DNA of 64,000 nt from Flavobacteriaceae bacterium. GTDB taxonomy: Bacteria > Bacteroidota > Bacteroidia > Flavobacteriales > Flavobacteriaceae. Under the pieces are notes generated by a model, which ran no database searches, was not told where the DNA came from, and saw only the letters and a program-made list of their open reading frames with translations. Positions 46,736 to 56,020 of the stretch are shown here, in pieces. The position numbers and the translations under genes were made by a program. Location of the stretch: positions 32,541 to 96,540 of the forward strand of contig JAXMLV010000054.1 of assembly GCA_034367065.1 (NCBI GenBank), written 5' to 3'. Within the stretch, counting starts at the first letter, position 1. The number at the start of each line of letters is the position of its first letter.

Positions 46736-46790
46736 CAAGGTGTAAGCACTAATTTTCTTATGAAAGTTGGTGCTTTTTTTATTGATGGAA
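46719..46790 (+). repeat. Direct repeat copy A (tRNA-Gln 3' end plus terminator)
   Basis: This 72-bp segment recurs at 46831-46902 with one mismatch. Confidence 0.9.
46744..46780 (+). terminator. Rho-independent terminator after tRNA-Gln
   Basis: The hairpin is AAGCACTAATTTTC-ttat-GAAAGTTGGTGCTT (two G-U pairs), followed by TTTTTTT. Confidence 0.65.
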
Positions 46791-46830
46791 CAAAGTGGGG
46801 CGAGAAGGATGTCCTGAGCGAAGTCGAAGG

Positions 46831-46902
46831 GAGCCCTAGTAGACCAACAAGGTGTAAGCACTGATTTTCTTATGAAAGTTGGTGCTTTTTTTATTGATGG
46901 AA
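46831..46902 (+). repeat. Direct repeat copy B (orphan tRNA-Gln 3' fragment plus terminator)
   Basis: It is identical to 46719-46790 except A/G at 46751/46863. It lacks the 5' two-thirds of the tRNA. Confidence 0.9.
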
Positions 46903-46981
46903 TTTATTGAGACGATAAGTTTTCTCCGATATGCTGCCGAGGTCGTAAACCGAAGAGAGTTTGAAGTTAAAAAATGAAGCG

Positions 46982-47395
46982 TTATTCCGATTTGGTTTTG
47001 TCAATGGGTAAGCCGTCTTTTTCCCACCCCATGATGCCACCGTCGAGGTTATAGATGGCCTTAAAGCCTTTTTTCTTGAGTAATTCCGCGGCTTTTGTAC
47101 TTCTACCACCGGATTTGCAATACACACAGACAGGTGCATTTTTGTCTAATTTGTCAAGTTCTGCTTCAAAATTTTCATCAAAAAAATTAAGATTTTCGGA
47201 ATTGATTAAGTGTCCGGCTTCATACTCCTCCGGGGTTCGAACATCGATCAACTGTACCTGATTCATATCGATGAATTGTTTCATTTCTTGAGGCGAAACC
47301 AACTGCACTCGGTTTGAATCTTCAACATCTTGCTTTTGTTTGCAGGAGATTACAAAGAGAGTAAACGTAACTAAAATTAAAAAATATTTTTTCAC
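46982..47395 (-). CDS. Rhodanese-like domain lipoprotein
   Basis: A GTG start gives VKKYFLILVTFTLFVISC (lipobox-like). The active-site loop is VYCKSGGRS. Confidence 0.7.
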   Translation of the reverse strand: MKKYFLILVTFTLFVISCKQKQDVEDSNRVQLVSPQEMKQFIDMNQVQLIDVRTPEEYEAGHLINSENLNFFDENFEAELDKLDKNAPVCVYCKSGGRSTKAAELLKKKGFKAIYNLDGGIMGWEKDGLPIDKTKSE

Positions 47396-47405
47396 AGAAA
47401 TAAAT

Positions 47406-47720
47406 TTACGGTTCAACAACGTCACCATCCCATTCGAGCATTCCGCCGAGTAAATTGTAAGTTGTATCAAAGCCCTGTTGCTCCAAAATCAAGCAGGCTT
47501 GTACGCTGCGTCTGCCGGAACGACAATAAACATATAGGTTTTTATTTGTGTCAAGAGATTCTATTCCTTCCATAAAGGCTTGCGGATCCATCACGTCAAT
47601 ATTAATTGCTGTCGGAATAATGCCTTCCTCGATTTCTTCGGGCGTGCGAACATCAATAATAAATGCTTTAGGATCTTTTGCAATTTGATCTTGCCATTCT
47701 TTTGAAGTCAAATCAGTCAT
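47406..47720 (-). CDS. Rhodanese-like domain protein (cytoplasmic, single domain)
   Basis: The 104-aa ORF has the active-site loop YVYCRSGRRS. Confidence 0.8.
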   Translation of the reverse strand: MTDLTSKEWQDQIAKDPKAFIIDVRTPEEIEEGIIPTAINIDVMDPQAFMEGIESLDTNKNLYVYCRSGRRSVQACLILEQQGFDTTYNLLGGMLEWDGDVVEP

Positions 47721-47859
47721 GGTATAATTAATTTTTTAAAAATTTCTACTTCAAAAGTAAGTAATTTGTCAAACATAGTTTCAATTATTTCCAGCCATTT
47801 TTGTTTAATAACTTCTTGAAAAAGGAATAATTTTTGATACAGTTTTTGAAAATTTAACC

Positions 47860-48273
47860 ATGAAAAGATTTTTGTTTTCTTGTTTGTCTGTCTTTGTTTT
47901 ATTTTCTTGTTCTAATGATGACGGATCGTTGAGATCTGAATTAATTCCAATTCTTTCGGTTCAAGCGCCAGACCAATTAATAGTTGGTCAATCTTCTGAT
48001 TTTCAAGTTCTTTTCAATCGACCCACATCCTGTCATGGGTTTTTAAGATTTGACCTTGCTTCTCGAGACAATGAAAGAACCATTGGGTTGATAGCCGGGA
48101 AATTAGGAACTGATTGCCAATCTGTCGATGAACCTCCGCGAGAGAATGTGTTTAGTTTTACACCCAAAACGCCCGGTCTTTTCGTATTTAACTTTTTTAC
48201 CGGAAAGGATAATGCCGGAAAAGATACTTTTGTGACTTTTGAAATGGAAGCTGTTGTTAATCCAAACGGATAA
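47860..48273 (+). CDS. Small lipoprotein, unknown family (paralog A)
   Basis: It has a lipobox (LFSCSN). It shares the blocks V.AP..L..GQ, T.CH.FLR, GLF.F.FFTG.D..G with the next gene. Confidence 0.6.
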   Translation: MKRFLFSCLSVFVLFSCSNDDGSLRSELIPILSVQAPDQLIVGQSSDFQVLFNRPTSCHGFLRFDLASRDNERTIGLIAGKLGTDCQSVDEPPRENVFSFTPKTPGLFVFNFFTGKDNAGKDTFVTFEMEAVVNPNG

Positions 48274-48324
48274 AAATAAAATTTCGCACAAAAAATTAAC
48301 AATGAAATTTTAGTTACTTTGTCA

Positions 48325-48332
48325 TACTTTTG
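48325..48332 (+). promoter_or_regulatory. Bacteroidota -7 promoter element for paralog B
   Basis: TACTTTTG lies 23 nt upstream of ATG 48356. Confidence 0.4.
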
Positions 48333-48355
48333 TTTGACACTTTAAACTTCAACAC

Positions 48356-48775
48356 ATGAAATCATTTTTCTTACTTTTTATAGTCTTGTCTTTGTCAGCA
48401 GCCTGCAGCAATTCAAGCGATAACGTTGTCATTGGACAAGAAACAGTATCAATCACAGCGGTTGAAGCGCCAGAAACTTTGACAATCGGACAAAGAGCAG
48501 TTTTTAAAGTTTTTTACAATGTACCCACGACTTGTCACGAATTTTTGCGGGTTAATTTTGGATTTGAAGGCAAAGAATCCACAATTTCAGTGGTTACCTC
48601 TATCAAGGATGGGAATTGCAACAACTTGACAAATGTAAGCCAAACCGTGGACGTTGAAGCCACACCAAATGAAGCTGGTCTTTTTACTTTTAGGTTTTTC
48701 ACCGGAAACGACGCGCAAGGCAATCCGACTTTCATTGTCAAGGAATACGATGTTGCCCCAAGACCAATAGGATAA
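48356..48775 (+). CDS. Small lipoprotein, unknown family (paralog B)
   Basis: It has a lipobox (LSAACSN) and the same conserved blocks and length as 47860-48273. Confidence 0.6.
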   Translation: MKSFFLLFIVLSLSAACSNSSDNVVIGQETVSITAVEAPETLTIGQRAVFKVFYNVPTTCHEFLRVNFGFEGKESTISVVTSIKDGNCNNLTNVSQTVDVEATPNEAGLFTFRFFTGNDAQGNPTFIVKEYDVAPRPIG

Positions 48776-49507
48776 TCAGTTTTTTAATTGATGCAACATT
48801 TTTTCGCGTATCTGAACCCTCAACTCTTTTCGATGTGTGGCGTTCAAATGGTTTGTAGAAATTGGATCTAAAAAAACAGCACGCAACAACCCGGGTGACC
48901 CACTAAAAAAATCATAAGAAAACCGTTTTTTATTATCCCGAAAAACAATGGGAACGATAGGTATTTGATGCTCAAGTGCCAATCGGAAAGCACCGTCTTT
49001 GAATTCATCCAAAATAATCGAGCGGTCATCGGGAACTTTGCCTTCCGGAAAAATGCAAATACTGGTACCAGCTGCGAGTCTTCGATTGGCTTCATCAAAG
49101 GCGTTTTTTCGACTTGCCGGACTGTTTCGGTCAACCAAAATACAAGTGCGTTTATAAAAAAATCCAAAAACCGGAATAGAAGCCAATTCTTTCTTACCTA
49201 CAAAAACAAATGGTCTTTTGACCACGGCGAGCATCATCATAATGTCAATCATGGAGGTGTGATTGGCAACAAACATATAACTTTGATTTGGGATAATCTT
49301 TACGCTGCCATCCCTTCGGTAGGGCATCGCCATTCCAAACAGTATAAATTTGGCCCAAACACGGGCGAGCCGAAAAAAATATTTGTAAGTCGTTTCGCGA
49401 ATGGTCAAAATAACCAGAAATGGAAACATAACGAATATTGGCACCAAAACCAAGATATAGAACCAAACACGGTAAAGAAGCGCAAATAATATCTTGATAA
49501 ATTTCAT
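48776..49507 (-). CDS. plsC: 1-acyl-sn-glycerol-3-phosphate acyltransferase
   Basis: It has the HX4D motif (NHTSMID), ...FPEGK... and an N-terminal TM segment. Confidence 0.8.
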   Translation of the reverse strand: MKFIKILFALLYRVWFYILVLVPIFVMFPFLVILTIRETTYKYFFRLARVWAKFILFGMAMPYRRDGSVKIIPNQSYMFVANHTSMIDIMMMLAVVKRPFVFVGKKELASIPVFGFFYKRTCILVDRNSPASRKNAFDEANRRLAAGTSICIFPEGKVPDDRSIILDEFKDGAFRLALEHQIPIVPIVFRDNKKRFSYDFFSGSPGLLRAVFLDPISTNHLNATHRKELRVQIREKMLHQLKN

Positions 49508-49585
49508 ATGTGCCCAAAGTTACAAAAATGAGATTCGTTATTTTCTAAATAATGTACCTTTACGCCTGAAAAAAATAATATTTTC

Positions 49586-50554
49586 ATGTCTAGAATACTC
49601 ACCGGCATTCAAAGTACCGGAACGCCTCACTTGGGAAATATCTTGGGTGCAATTTTGCCGGCCATCGAAATGGCTGCCATACCCGAAAATGATTCATTTC
49701 TATTTATAGCCGATTTTCACTCGCTCACACAAATCAAAGATGCCGAGCAAATGCGTCAAAATACGTATGCCACAGCCGCAACCTGGCTTGCTTTTGGCTT
49801 GAATCCGCAAAAAACGGTTTTTTACAGACAGAGTGATGTGCCTCAGGTAACTGAACTCACTTGGTATTTGAATTGCTTTTTCCCGTATCAACGATTGACT
49901 TTAGCCCATTCCTTTAAAGATAAAGCAGACCGATTGGAAGATGTCAATGCCGGTTTGTTTGATTATCCGATGTTGATGGCTGCCGATATCTTGTTGTATG
50001 ATGCGGAAATAGTCCCCGTTGGAAAAGACCAATTGCAACACCTCGAAATTACACGCGATGTTGCTTCTCGATTCAACAATTTGATGGGAGAAACTTTTGT
50101 GGTTCCACAGGCAAAAGTGCAGCAAGACACCATGTATGTTCCCGGTACGGATGGAACAAAAATGAGTAAGTCTAAAGGCAACACCGTTGATTTATTTCTC
50201 AGCGACAAAGCACTTCGCAAACAAATTTTGGCTATTCAAACTGACAGCACACCGCTCGAAGCGCCTAAAAATCCCGACACTTGCAATGTTTTTGCACTCT
50301 ACAAGCTAATTGCCTCAAACGAACAAACTGCCGAGATGAAAGCAAACTACGAACGCGGTGGTTTTGGGTATGGTCATGCAAAACAAGCATTGTACGAGTT
50401 GATTGTTGATAAATTTGAAGAACCTCGTCGAAAATTTAGAGACTATATGGCCAACCCCCAATTGGTAGATCGGGCATTGATATTAGGAGCCGAACGTGCA
50501 GAAGCGGTTGCGCAAAGCGTACTCAAAAGAGTCCGTAACAGATTGGGATATTGA
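49586..50554 (+). CDS. trpS: Tryptophan--tRNA ligase
   Basis: It has a HIGH-type motif (TGTPHLGN) and the KMSKS motif, and is 322 aa long. Confidence 0.95.
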   Translation: MSRILTGIQSTGTPHLGNILGAILPAIEMAAIPENDSFLFIADFHSLTQIKDAEQMRQNTYATAATWLAFGLNPQKTVFYRQSDVPQVTELTWYLNCFFPYQRLTLAHSFKDKADRLEDVNAGLFDYPMLMAADILLYDAEIVPVGKDQLQHLEITRDVASRFNNLMGETFVVPQAKVQQDTMYVPGTDGTKMSKSKGNTVDLFLSDKALRKQILAIQTDSTPLEAPKNPDTCNVFALYKLIASNEQTAEMKANYERGGFGYGHAKQALYELIVDKFEEPRRKFRDYMANPQLVDRALILGAERAEAVAQSVLKRVRNRLGY

Positions 50555-50707
50555 TAACGGAGTTCAATTAATCCAAAATGCATCAGTTTGAGTGAAATTC
50601 CGAGAGGAATTTAGTATCGAAAACCAGTTTTTTGGATAAAAAATCTATTTTCGATACTCCCGACATTTTGGGGTTGGGATGAAACACATTTTTTGATAAA
50701 AAGATGA

Positions 50708-50745
50708 AAACCTCACGACCCTGAAAATTCGAGGCTGTGAGGTTT
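50708..50745. terminator. Hairpin between the convergent trpS and T9SS-cargo genes (possible bidirectional terminator)
   Basis: AAACCTCAC ... GTGAGGTTT forms a 9-bp stem with a 20-nt loop. Its flanks are A/T-rich. Confidence 0.4.
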
Positions 50746-50779
50746 CCAAAATAACGCTAAGCAAAAAACGATCGAAATA

Positions 50780-53716
50780 TTATCTTCTGATTATCAACTT
50801 TTGTATTTTGCTGAAACTTTCTCCTTTTAGTTTGATAAAATACAAGCCGGAACTCAAACCTTGAAGTTGAATCTGATTGGTTGAACCAAAATTAAGATTT
50901 ATGTTTTGCCGGAAAACTTCCTGACCACTCAGCGTATAAACCCGCACATCGGTTTTGCCAAAACTGGTGTTGGAAACAATATTTACTTCACCCGAAGTTA
51001 CCGTTGGGAAAATTTTGATGTTGTTGTTTGCCAATATCTTGTCATCTAAACTTAAAGAAGGAAGTTCGTTAAATTTTCCTGTAAACAACCCGCGGCCGTG
51101 AGTAGCTGCCAAAACAGTACCTGTCTGTACATCATCAGGAGGAACAACAGGATCTGGCCTATAATCCAAATCAATAACAGTTACGTCTTTCATCCCGTTT
51201 TGCGATTGCACCCATACAGGAGACGAATCGTTGATATTGCCGGTTCTCCAAACGCCTAAAGCAGTTCCGAGTATTACTTCATCAGTGTTGAGGGGATTTT
51301 GTAAAACAGCTTTCACCGGAATATCCGGCAGATTTCCTTCTTTGTCTTGCCAGGTTGTGCCTCCGTCCGCGGTGTACCAAAGGCTGACGACACCGAAATT
51401 GTGAAAAGTAACAAAAATTTCCTGCTCGCTATTGCCAAATTCGATGTCTGAAATACTGCCCACAAATGAAGGTCCGGTAATTTCTGACCATACTCGGGCA
51501 AAGTTGGTTGCATTGGTTAATTTGAGCAATTTCCCGTTCAATAATCCAACCAAGACATTAGTTTGTGTACCACTAAATGGAGAAGTTTTTAGTGCGGTAA
51601 TGGATTCATCCAAAAGCGCATTGGTCAAATTGTTTCGCGTAATACCTGCAGCTCCGGCTTTAAAAGTTCTAAACATTGCCAATCTGAAAGTTGGAGGGGT
51701 CGTTTGTGTGCCCGGTATGGTTGCATCCGAGAAAAACACATCGTTCACTTCATCCAAGGCCGCGGTATTGATAAAACTGCCGTTATTTCCTTCATTTACA
51801 ATAAAGTAAGCAGTAGAACTGGGGGTGTCCGGCAGCTCGAAGAAAATATGTGTGTTACCGGGGAAAGAGCCAATCCCATAATCGTTGTCCTTGTCGAGTT
51901 GGGTGAAAGCACCATCGCCACCAAATAAATCGTTAAACGAGTTTGCTCCCGCGGTAGCGGCAAAGGCGAATGGCGAGCCGTTGTCTTGGGTGCCACCACC
52001 AATATCATCAACTGCGGTATTTTGCCCAATCGTTCCGTAATAGTATTGTGTCACGTTGTAGTCTTTGTTGCGGCTCGCGATTGCCGTTGTAGAGGACGAT
52101 GCGGTTGAAAGGCTTGATGCAAAAAATACGCCACCGTCGTTGCCAATGATGGCTTGGTTGGCATTGGTCGGGTGAAAAACAAAAGCGTGTTGGTCGGCAT
52201 GTACAAGCGGGACTGACAGGTTAAGCAAATTATTATTATTTGACCATTTGGAAATCTGTGTCCAAGTAAAGTTGTTGGTTGCCGGATTAAAAACACCGCT
52301 AAACAAATCGATCCCGCCTACATATACTTTGTTCTGATCGGTTGGGTCGGCTTCAATGACCAAATCGTAAAACGATTGCCCGCGTGTAAAATCATTGGCA
52401 GGAATACCATTGTCTGCATCATCGGGGAGCGTGGTGGTTTCCGTAAATGTCGTGCCATTTTGTGAACTGAAAATATGCACGGGAGCACCGACTGTCGTAC
52501 CTTGTGTCAATGCATAAATGCGGTTGGGGTCTGTGGCAGAAATTTCAATTTCAGTCCGGTCGGAATTTGCCAATTGAGTGACCTGCGTCCAAGTGGTTCC
52601 ATTGGTAGAACTGAAAATCCGGCCACCGCCGGAGTTGGTCAAGCCGGGTGTCCGGATGGTTCCCATCCAAAGTTTGTTGTCCGGGCCGATTTCAAAATCG
52701 TTGGGAATAAAATAGAAATCAAAACCCGAAAATTGAAACTGCATATTTGCAGATTCTATACGGCTCCAATTGGTTCCGCCGTCTGCGCTGCGGAACAAAC
52801 CGGCAGATTGCAAACCGAGGAAATTATTGGGATTGCCCGCATCGGCAACTTTACTGGCACCAAAAATATGCGCACCTACACCGATGAAAACCTCCGTGTT
52901 GCCACCGTTGTTCCAAGCGATGATGTCGTTGATGTAAAATATTCCCGAAAGAAGCAATGAGCCTCCTGATAAGTCAGTTCCGCCCACTCCGGTTGTTGCC
53001 GTGGCTAAATTAATATTCAATTTTACCCATGAATCACCGCCATTGGTCGATTTGTAAACTCCATTGCCCACGGCAGCACCAAAGGTATATTGTTCACCAG
53101 TTCCCAAATACATGATTTGGGGATTGTTGGGGTCAACTGCAAAAGCAGACACGTTCAAATGTCCGGGTACGGAATTGACCAAAGCCCAAGAAGAATTGGC
53201 GTTGGTAATGTCTTGATTCACCCAAAGTCCACCGCTCACGCCACCTGCAAATACGCGTTTGTGTGTGGCATCGTTCGGGTCAAAAACCAGCACCCTTGTC
53301 CGCCCGCCGATGTTGTTGGGACCGCGTTCAACCCACGGATTGTCAACTGCACTGTCGCCGGGTGCTCTTTGTGGTCGCACGCCGGTCAGGCTGTTTTGGG
53401 AAGCATAAATTTCGTCTTGCAATTGGTTGATTTTCTCAAGTGTTGGGTAGCCCAAAGCCGGGTTCATGGTGAGTTCCCATAGCCTTTCGTAGTATGGGTT
53501 TGGCGGGAGTCCTCTGCCTTTTCGGTCTTTACGGGAAAGATGAATTGAATTTCTAAAGGGGCTGTTTTTTAAGAATTCAGCGTGTTTAGCACGTAAAACT
53601 TCTGCTTCGGTAAGTTGTGGTTTTTCAATCTTCGTTTTTTGGTATAATGAGATAGAAAAATACAATCCCAAAACTAAAAAAACAGACATCGACAGGTAAA
53701 GTAACTTTTTGTTCAT
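50780..53716 (-). CDS. Large secreted protein with BNR/sialidase-like or Ycf48-like beta-propeller repeats and a T9SS type-A C-terminal sorting domain
   Basis: It has a signal anchor and repeated ...S.DGG.TW... motifs (STNGGDSWVK, SADGGTNWSR, TADGGTTWQD). The C-terminus ...VRVYTLSGQEVFRQ...GLYFIKLKGES..KIQKLIIRR is typical of a T9SS CTD. Confidence 0.75.
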   Translation of the reverse strand: MNKKLLYLSMSVFLVLGLYFSISLYQKTKIEKPQLTEAEVLRAKHAEFLKNSPFRNSIHLSRKDRKGRGLPPNPYYERLWELTMNPALGYPTLEKINQLQDEIYASQNSLTGVRPQRAPGDSAVDNPWVERGPNNIGGRTRVLVFDPNDATHKRVFAGGVSGGLWVNQDITNANSSWALVNSVPGHLNVSAFAVDPNNPQIMYLGTGEQYTFGAAVGNGVYKSTNGGDSWVKLNINLATATTGVGGTDLSGGSLLLSGIFYINDIIAWNNGGNTEVFIGVGAHIFGASKVADAGNPNNFLGLQSAGLFRSADGGTNWSRIESANMQFQFSGFDFYFIPNDFEIGPDNKLWMGTIRTPGLTNSGGGRIFSSTNGTTWTQVTQLANSDRTEIEISATDPNRIYALTQGTTVGAPVHIFSSQNGTTFTETTTLPDDADNGIPANDFTRGQSFYDLVIEADPTDQNKVYVGGIDLFSGVFNPATNNFTWTQISKWSNNNNLLNLSVPLVHADQHAFVFHPTNANQAIIGNDGGVFFASSLSTASSSTTAIASRNKDYNVTQYYYGTIGQNTAVDDIGGGTQDNGSPFAFAATAGANSFNDLFGGDGAFTQLDKDNDYGIGSFPGNTHIFFELPDTPSSTAYFIVNEGNNGSFINTAALDEVNDVFFSDATIPGTQTTPPTFRLAMFRTFKAGAAGITRNNLTNALLDESITALKTSPFSGTQTNVLVGLLNGKLLKLTNATNFARVWSEITGPSFVGSISDIEFGNSEQEIFVTFHNFGVVSLWYTADGGTTWQDKEGNLPDIPVKAVLQNPLNTDEVILGTALGVWRTGNINDSSPVWVQSQNGMKDVTVIDLDYRPDPVVPPDDVQTGTVLAATHGRGLFTGKFNELPSLSLDDKILANNNIKIFPTVTSGEVNIVSNTSFGKTDVRVYTLSGQEVFRQNINLNFGSTNQIQLQGLSSGLYFIKLKGESFSKIQKLIIRR

Positions 53717-53827
53717 AGCGTTATATTTTTAACAAAAATATTCAAATTTTATTAATTTTAATTTTTTTAACGAAATTAACTTCTCACAAGATACAATAAG
53801 AACCATCTCACAAGATTTTCGGAGAGT

Positions 53828-55945
53828 CTAAAGTTTCTTCAAACTGATGGCTGCGCCTCCACCTTCTGCAAGATGTAAGTTAATTTTCGAAGTGCTGTCA
53901 ACCGTCATCGTTTCAATTTCAATAGACGTAGGATTTTTATCCCAGTGCGCATCTTTACCATCTTTATAAAGGGTTGCGGTATATTTTTGTCCAGTATCCA
54001 AGAAAGACAAGTCGAGGGTGAATGAACGCGAATTTTCGTCAGTGATGCTACCGACAAACCAGTTGCCTGTACCGCGTTCTTTGCGGGCTATGGTCACGTA
54101 GTCGCCCACTTCGCCATTGAGGACTTTGATTTGTTCCCAATCGACTCCTACATCTTTGATAAACTGAAAAGGTTTGGGATTGGCTTCATAGTGTTCAATT
54201 AAATCGGCAGCCATCTGCACCGGACTGTAAATGACGACATACAAAGCCAACTGTTGTGCCAGCGTAGTGTTTACCTGATTGTTTTTTTTGTATTCATCAA
54301 ATTTTATGTTGAAAATCCCCGGCGTAAAATCAATTGGTCCGGCGAGCATGCGGGTAAATGCGATGATGGGTAAATGCTCCGGCGGATTTCCGCCATCGGA
54401 TGCCCAAGCATTAAATTCCTGACCGCGCAAACCTTCGCGTGCAATGGTGTTTGGGTAGGTTCTACGCAATCCGGTTGCTTTGATGGGCTCATGGGCATTG
54501 ACTGCAACTTGATATTGCGCTGCTTTGATGACGGTATTGTTGTAATGATTGACCATATACTGCCCGTGGTGATATTCACCTTTGGGAAGTATCTTTCCCA
54601 CGTAGCCCGTTTTGACGGCGTGTATGCCCAAACTTTTCATCAGCGCGAAAGCTGTGTCTTGTTGTTTGGTATAGGTTTCGGTGGCGGCTGAGGTTTCGTG
54701 GTGCATGATGAGTTCAACGCCTTTTTCTCTGCCATAACGCACCACTTCTTTCAAATCGTAATCGGGATAAGATGTGACAAAATCGAAGACACCCTCGCGA
54801 TCTTCAAAGCCAATCCAGTGTTCCCAGCCGGTGTTCCATCCTTCGACCAAGACCCCTTTGATGTTGTTTTTAGCTGAAAAATCAATGTATTTTTTGACGT
54901 TTTCGGTGGTAGCTCCGTGTTTTCCACTGGGTTTTGCATCGGTGGTAAAGGAGGTCATGTCTTGCGCGCCACTGTAATCCCAAGTTGATTTTCCCAAGTG
55001 CATTTCCCACCAAACGCCGGTGTATTTCATGGGTTTAAACCAAGACACATCGCCTATCTTGTTGGGTTCGTTGAGGTTGACTATCAGTTTGGATTCAATC
55101 AGGCTCGGCGCATTGTCAGTAATTTGAATGGTTCGCCAAGGGGTTGTGAAGGGCAACTTCCGTTCAACTTTATAATCGCGGTTTTCGGAACCGACCAGTA
55201 CGCTTTTGAAGTTCAAATTTGCCGTATCGACTTTGAGTGTCATGTCGGCGTAATCTAACAAGGCTGCCTCGTGAAAACTTAGGTGAATGCCATCTTTTCC
55301 GACCAAGGTAACCGGTGTGTTTACCGCGTTTTCGGGAATATACGTTTGGGCCAAATCTTTGTGGTTTGCATATTGCAGTGCGTTGATTTTGGAAAGATTT
55401 GTAGTGCGATACAAATGCTCGTAAATATCCCAATCGCCCGGTATCCAAAAAGTTTTGTAGTCTTCGGTCAAGTTAAATTGGGTGTTTTCTTCCGTAATTA
55501 AAGCAGTGTCAAAATTGGGTTGTTTCGGAAATTCATACCGAAAACCAATACCGTCGTCGTAAACTCTGAATACGATGTTCAATTTTCGTTTAGGTGCAAC
55601 GGTTTCTTGCAATTCGACACGCAATTCGTTGTAGTGATTCACTACGTTTAATTGTTCACCCCAAGGCATTTGCCAGGTTTCGTTAAATGAACTTGTGTCG
55701 GTTTTTACAATACCCAGATTTTTGTCGAATGATGCGGCGTTTTTAAAATCAAATCCAAAAAAAGAAGTGTCGATGATGGTTTTGGTTTTATAAAAAACTT
55801 GATAGAACGGTTTTCCTTCCGCAGTTAACTGAAAAGAAACGCTCACGGCCTGATTTGGGGAGGCAACTTCGGCTTTTTTCACTTCGGGAGAAGAACAGGA
55901 AACCGCAAAAATTGATGCAAAAAGAAGTAAAAATAAATTTTTCAT
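53828..55945 (-). CDS. Glycoside hydrolase family 97 (SusB-like alpha-glucosidase type)
   Basis: The ORF is about 705 aa with lipoprotein-like signal MKNLFLLLFASIFAVSCSS. Its blocks ...GVWWEMH..., ...MHHETS..., ...VKTGYVG... and ...HEPIKATGLRRTYPN... are as I remember for GH97. Confidence 0.7.
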   Translation of the reverse strand: MKNLFLLLFASIFAVSCSSPEVKKAEVASPNQAVSVSFQLTAEGKPFYQVFYKTKTIIDTSFFGFDFKNAASFDKNLGIVKTDTSSFNETWQMPWGEQLNVVNHYNELRVELQETVAPKRKLNIVFRVYDDGIGFRYEFPKQPNFDTALITEENTQFNLTEDYKTFWIPGDWDIYEHLYRTTNLSKINALQYANHKDLAQTYIPENAVNTPVTLVGKDGIHLSFHEAALLDYADMTLKVDTANLNFKSVLVGSENRDYKVERKLPFTTPWRTIQITDNAPSLIESKLIVNLNEPNKIGDVSWFKPMKYTGVWWEMHLGKSTWDYSGAQDMTSFTTDAKPSGKHGATTENVKKYIDFSAKNNIKGVLVEGWNTGWEHWIGFEDREGVFDFVTSYPDYDLKEVVRYGREKGVELIMHHETSAATETYTKQQDTAFALMKSLGIHAVKTGYVGKILPKGEYHHGQYMVNHYNNTVIKAAQYQVAVNAHEPIKATGLRRTYPNTIAREGLRGQEFNAWASDGGNPPEHLPIIAFTRMLAGPIDFTPGIFNIKFDEYKKNNQVNTTLAQQLALYVVIYSPVQMAADLIEHYEANPKPFQFIKDVGVDWEQIKVLNGEVGDYVTIARKERGTGNWFVGSITDENSRSFTLDLSFLDTGQKYTATLYKDGKDAHWDKNPTSIEIETMTVDSTSKINLHLAEGGGAAISLKKL

Positions 55946-56020
55946 GATAATTGTATTTATGAGCCAAAACGGCAAAAATTTTAAAAAGATGCATACAAAT
56001 TTACCGAAATAAAAACAGTT

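Noticed and set aside
46891-47139. 82-aa minus-strand ORF overlapping the rhodanese lipoprotein gene and repeat copy B
   Set aside because: It is an alternative frame of the rhodanese gene 3' region extending into the terminator repeat, with no supporting features.
50613-50658. 11-bp perfect inverted repeat AGTATCGAAAA ... TTTTCGATACT, 24 nt apart, downstream of trpS
   Set aside because: It is probably just a secondary or alternative terminator hairpin in the convergent trpS/T9SS-cargo spacer. Nothing links it to another function.
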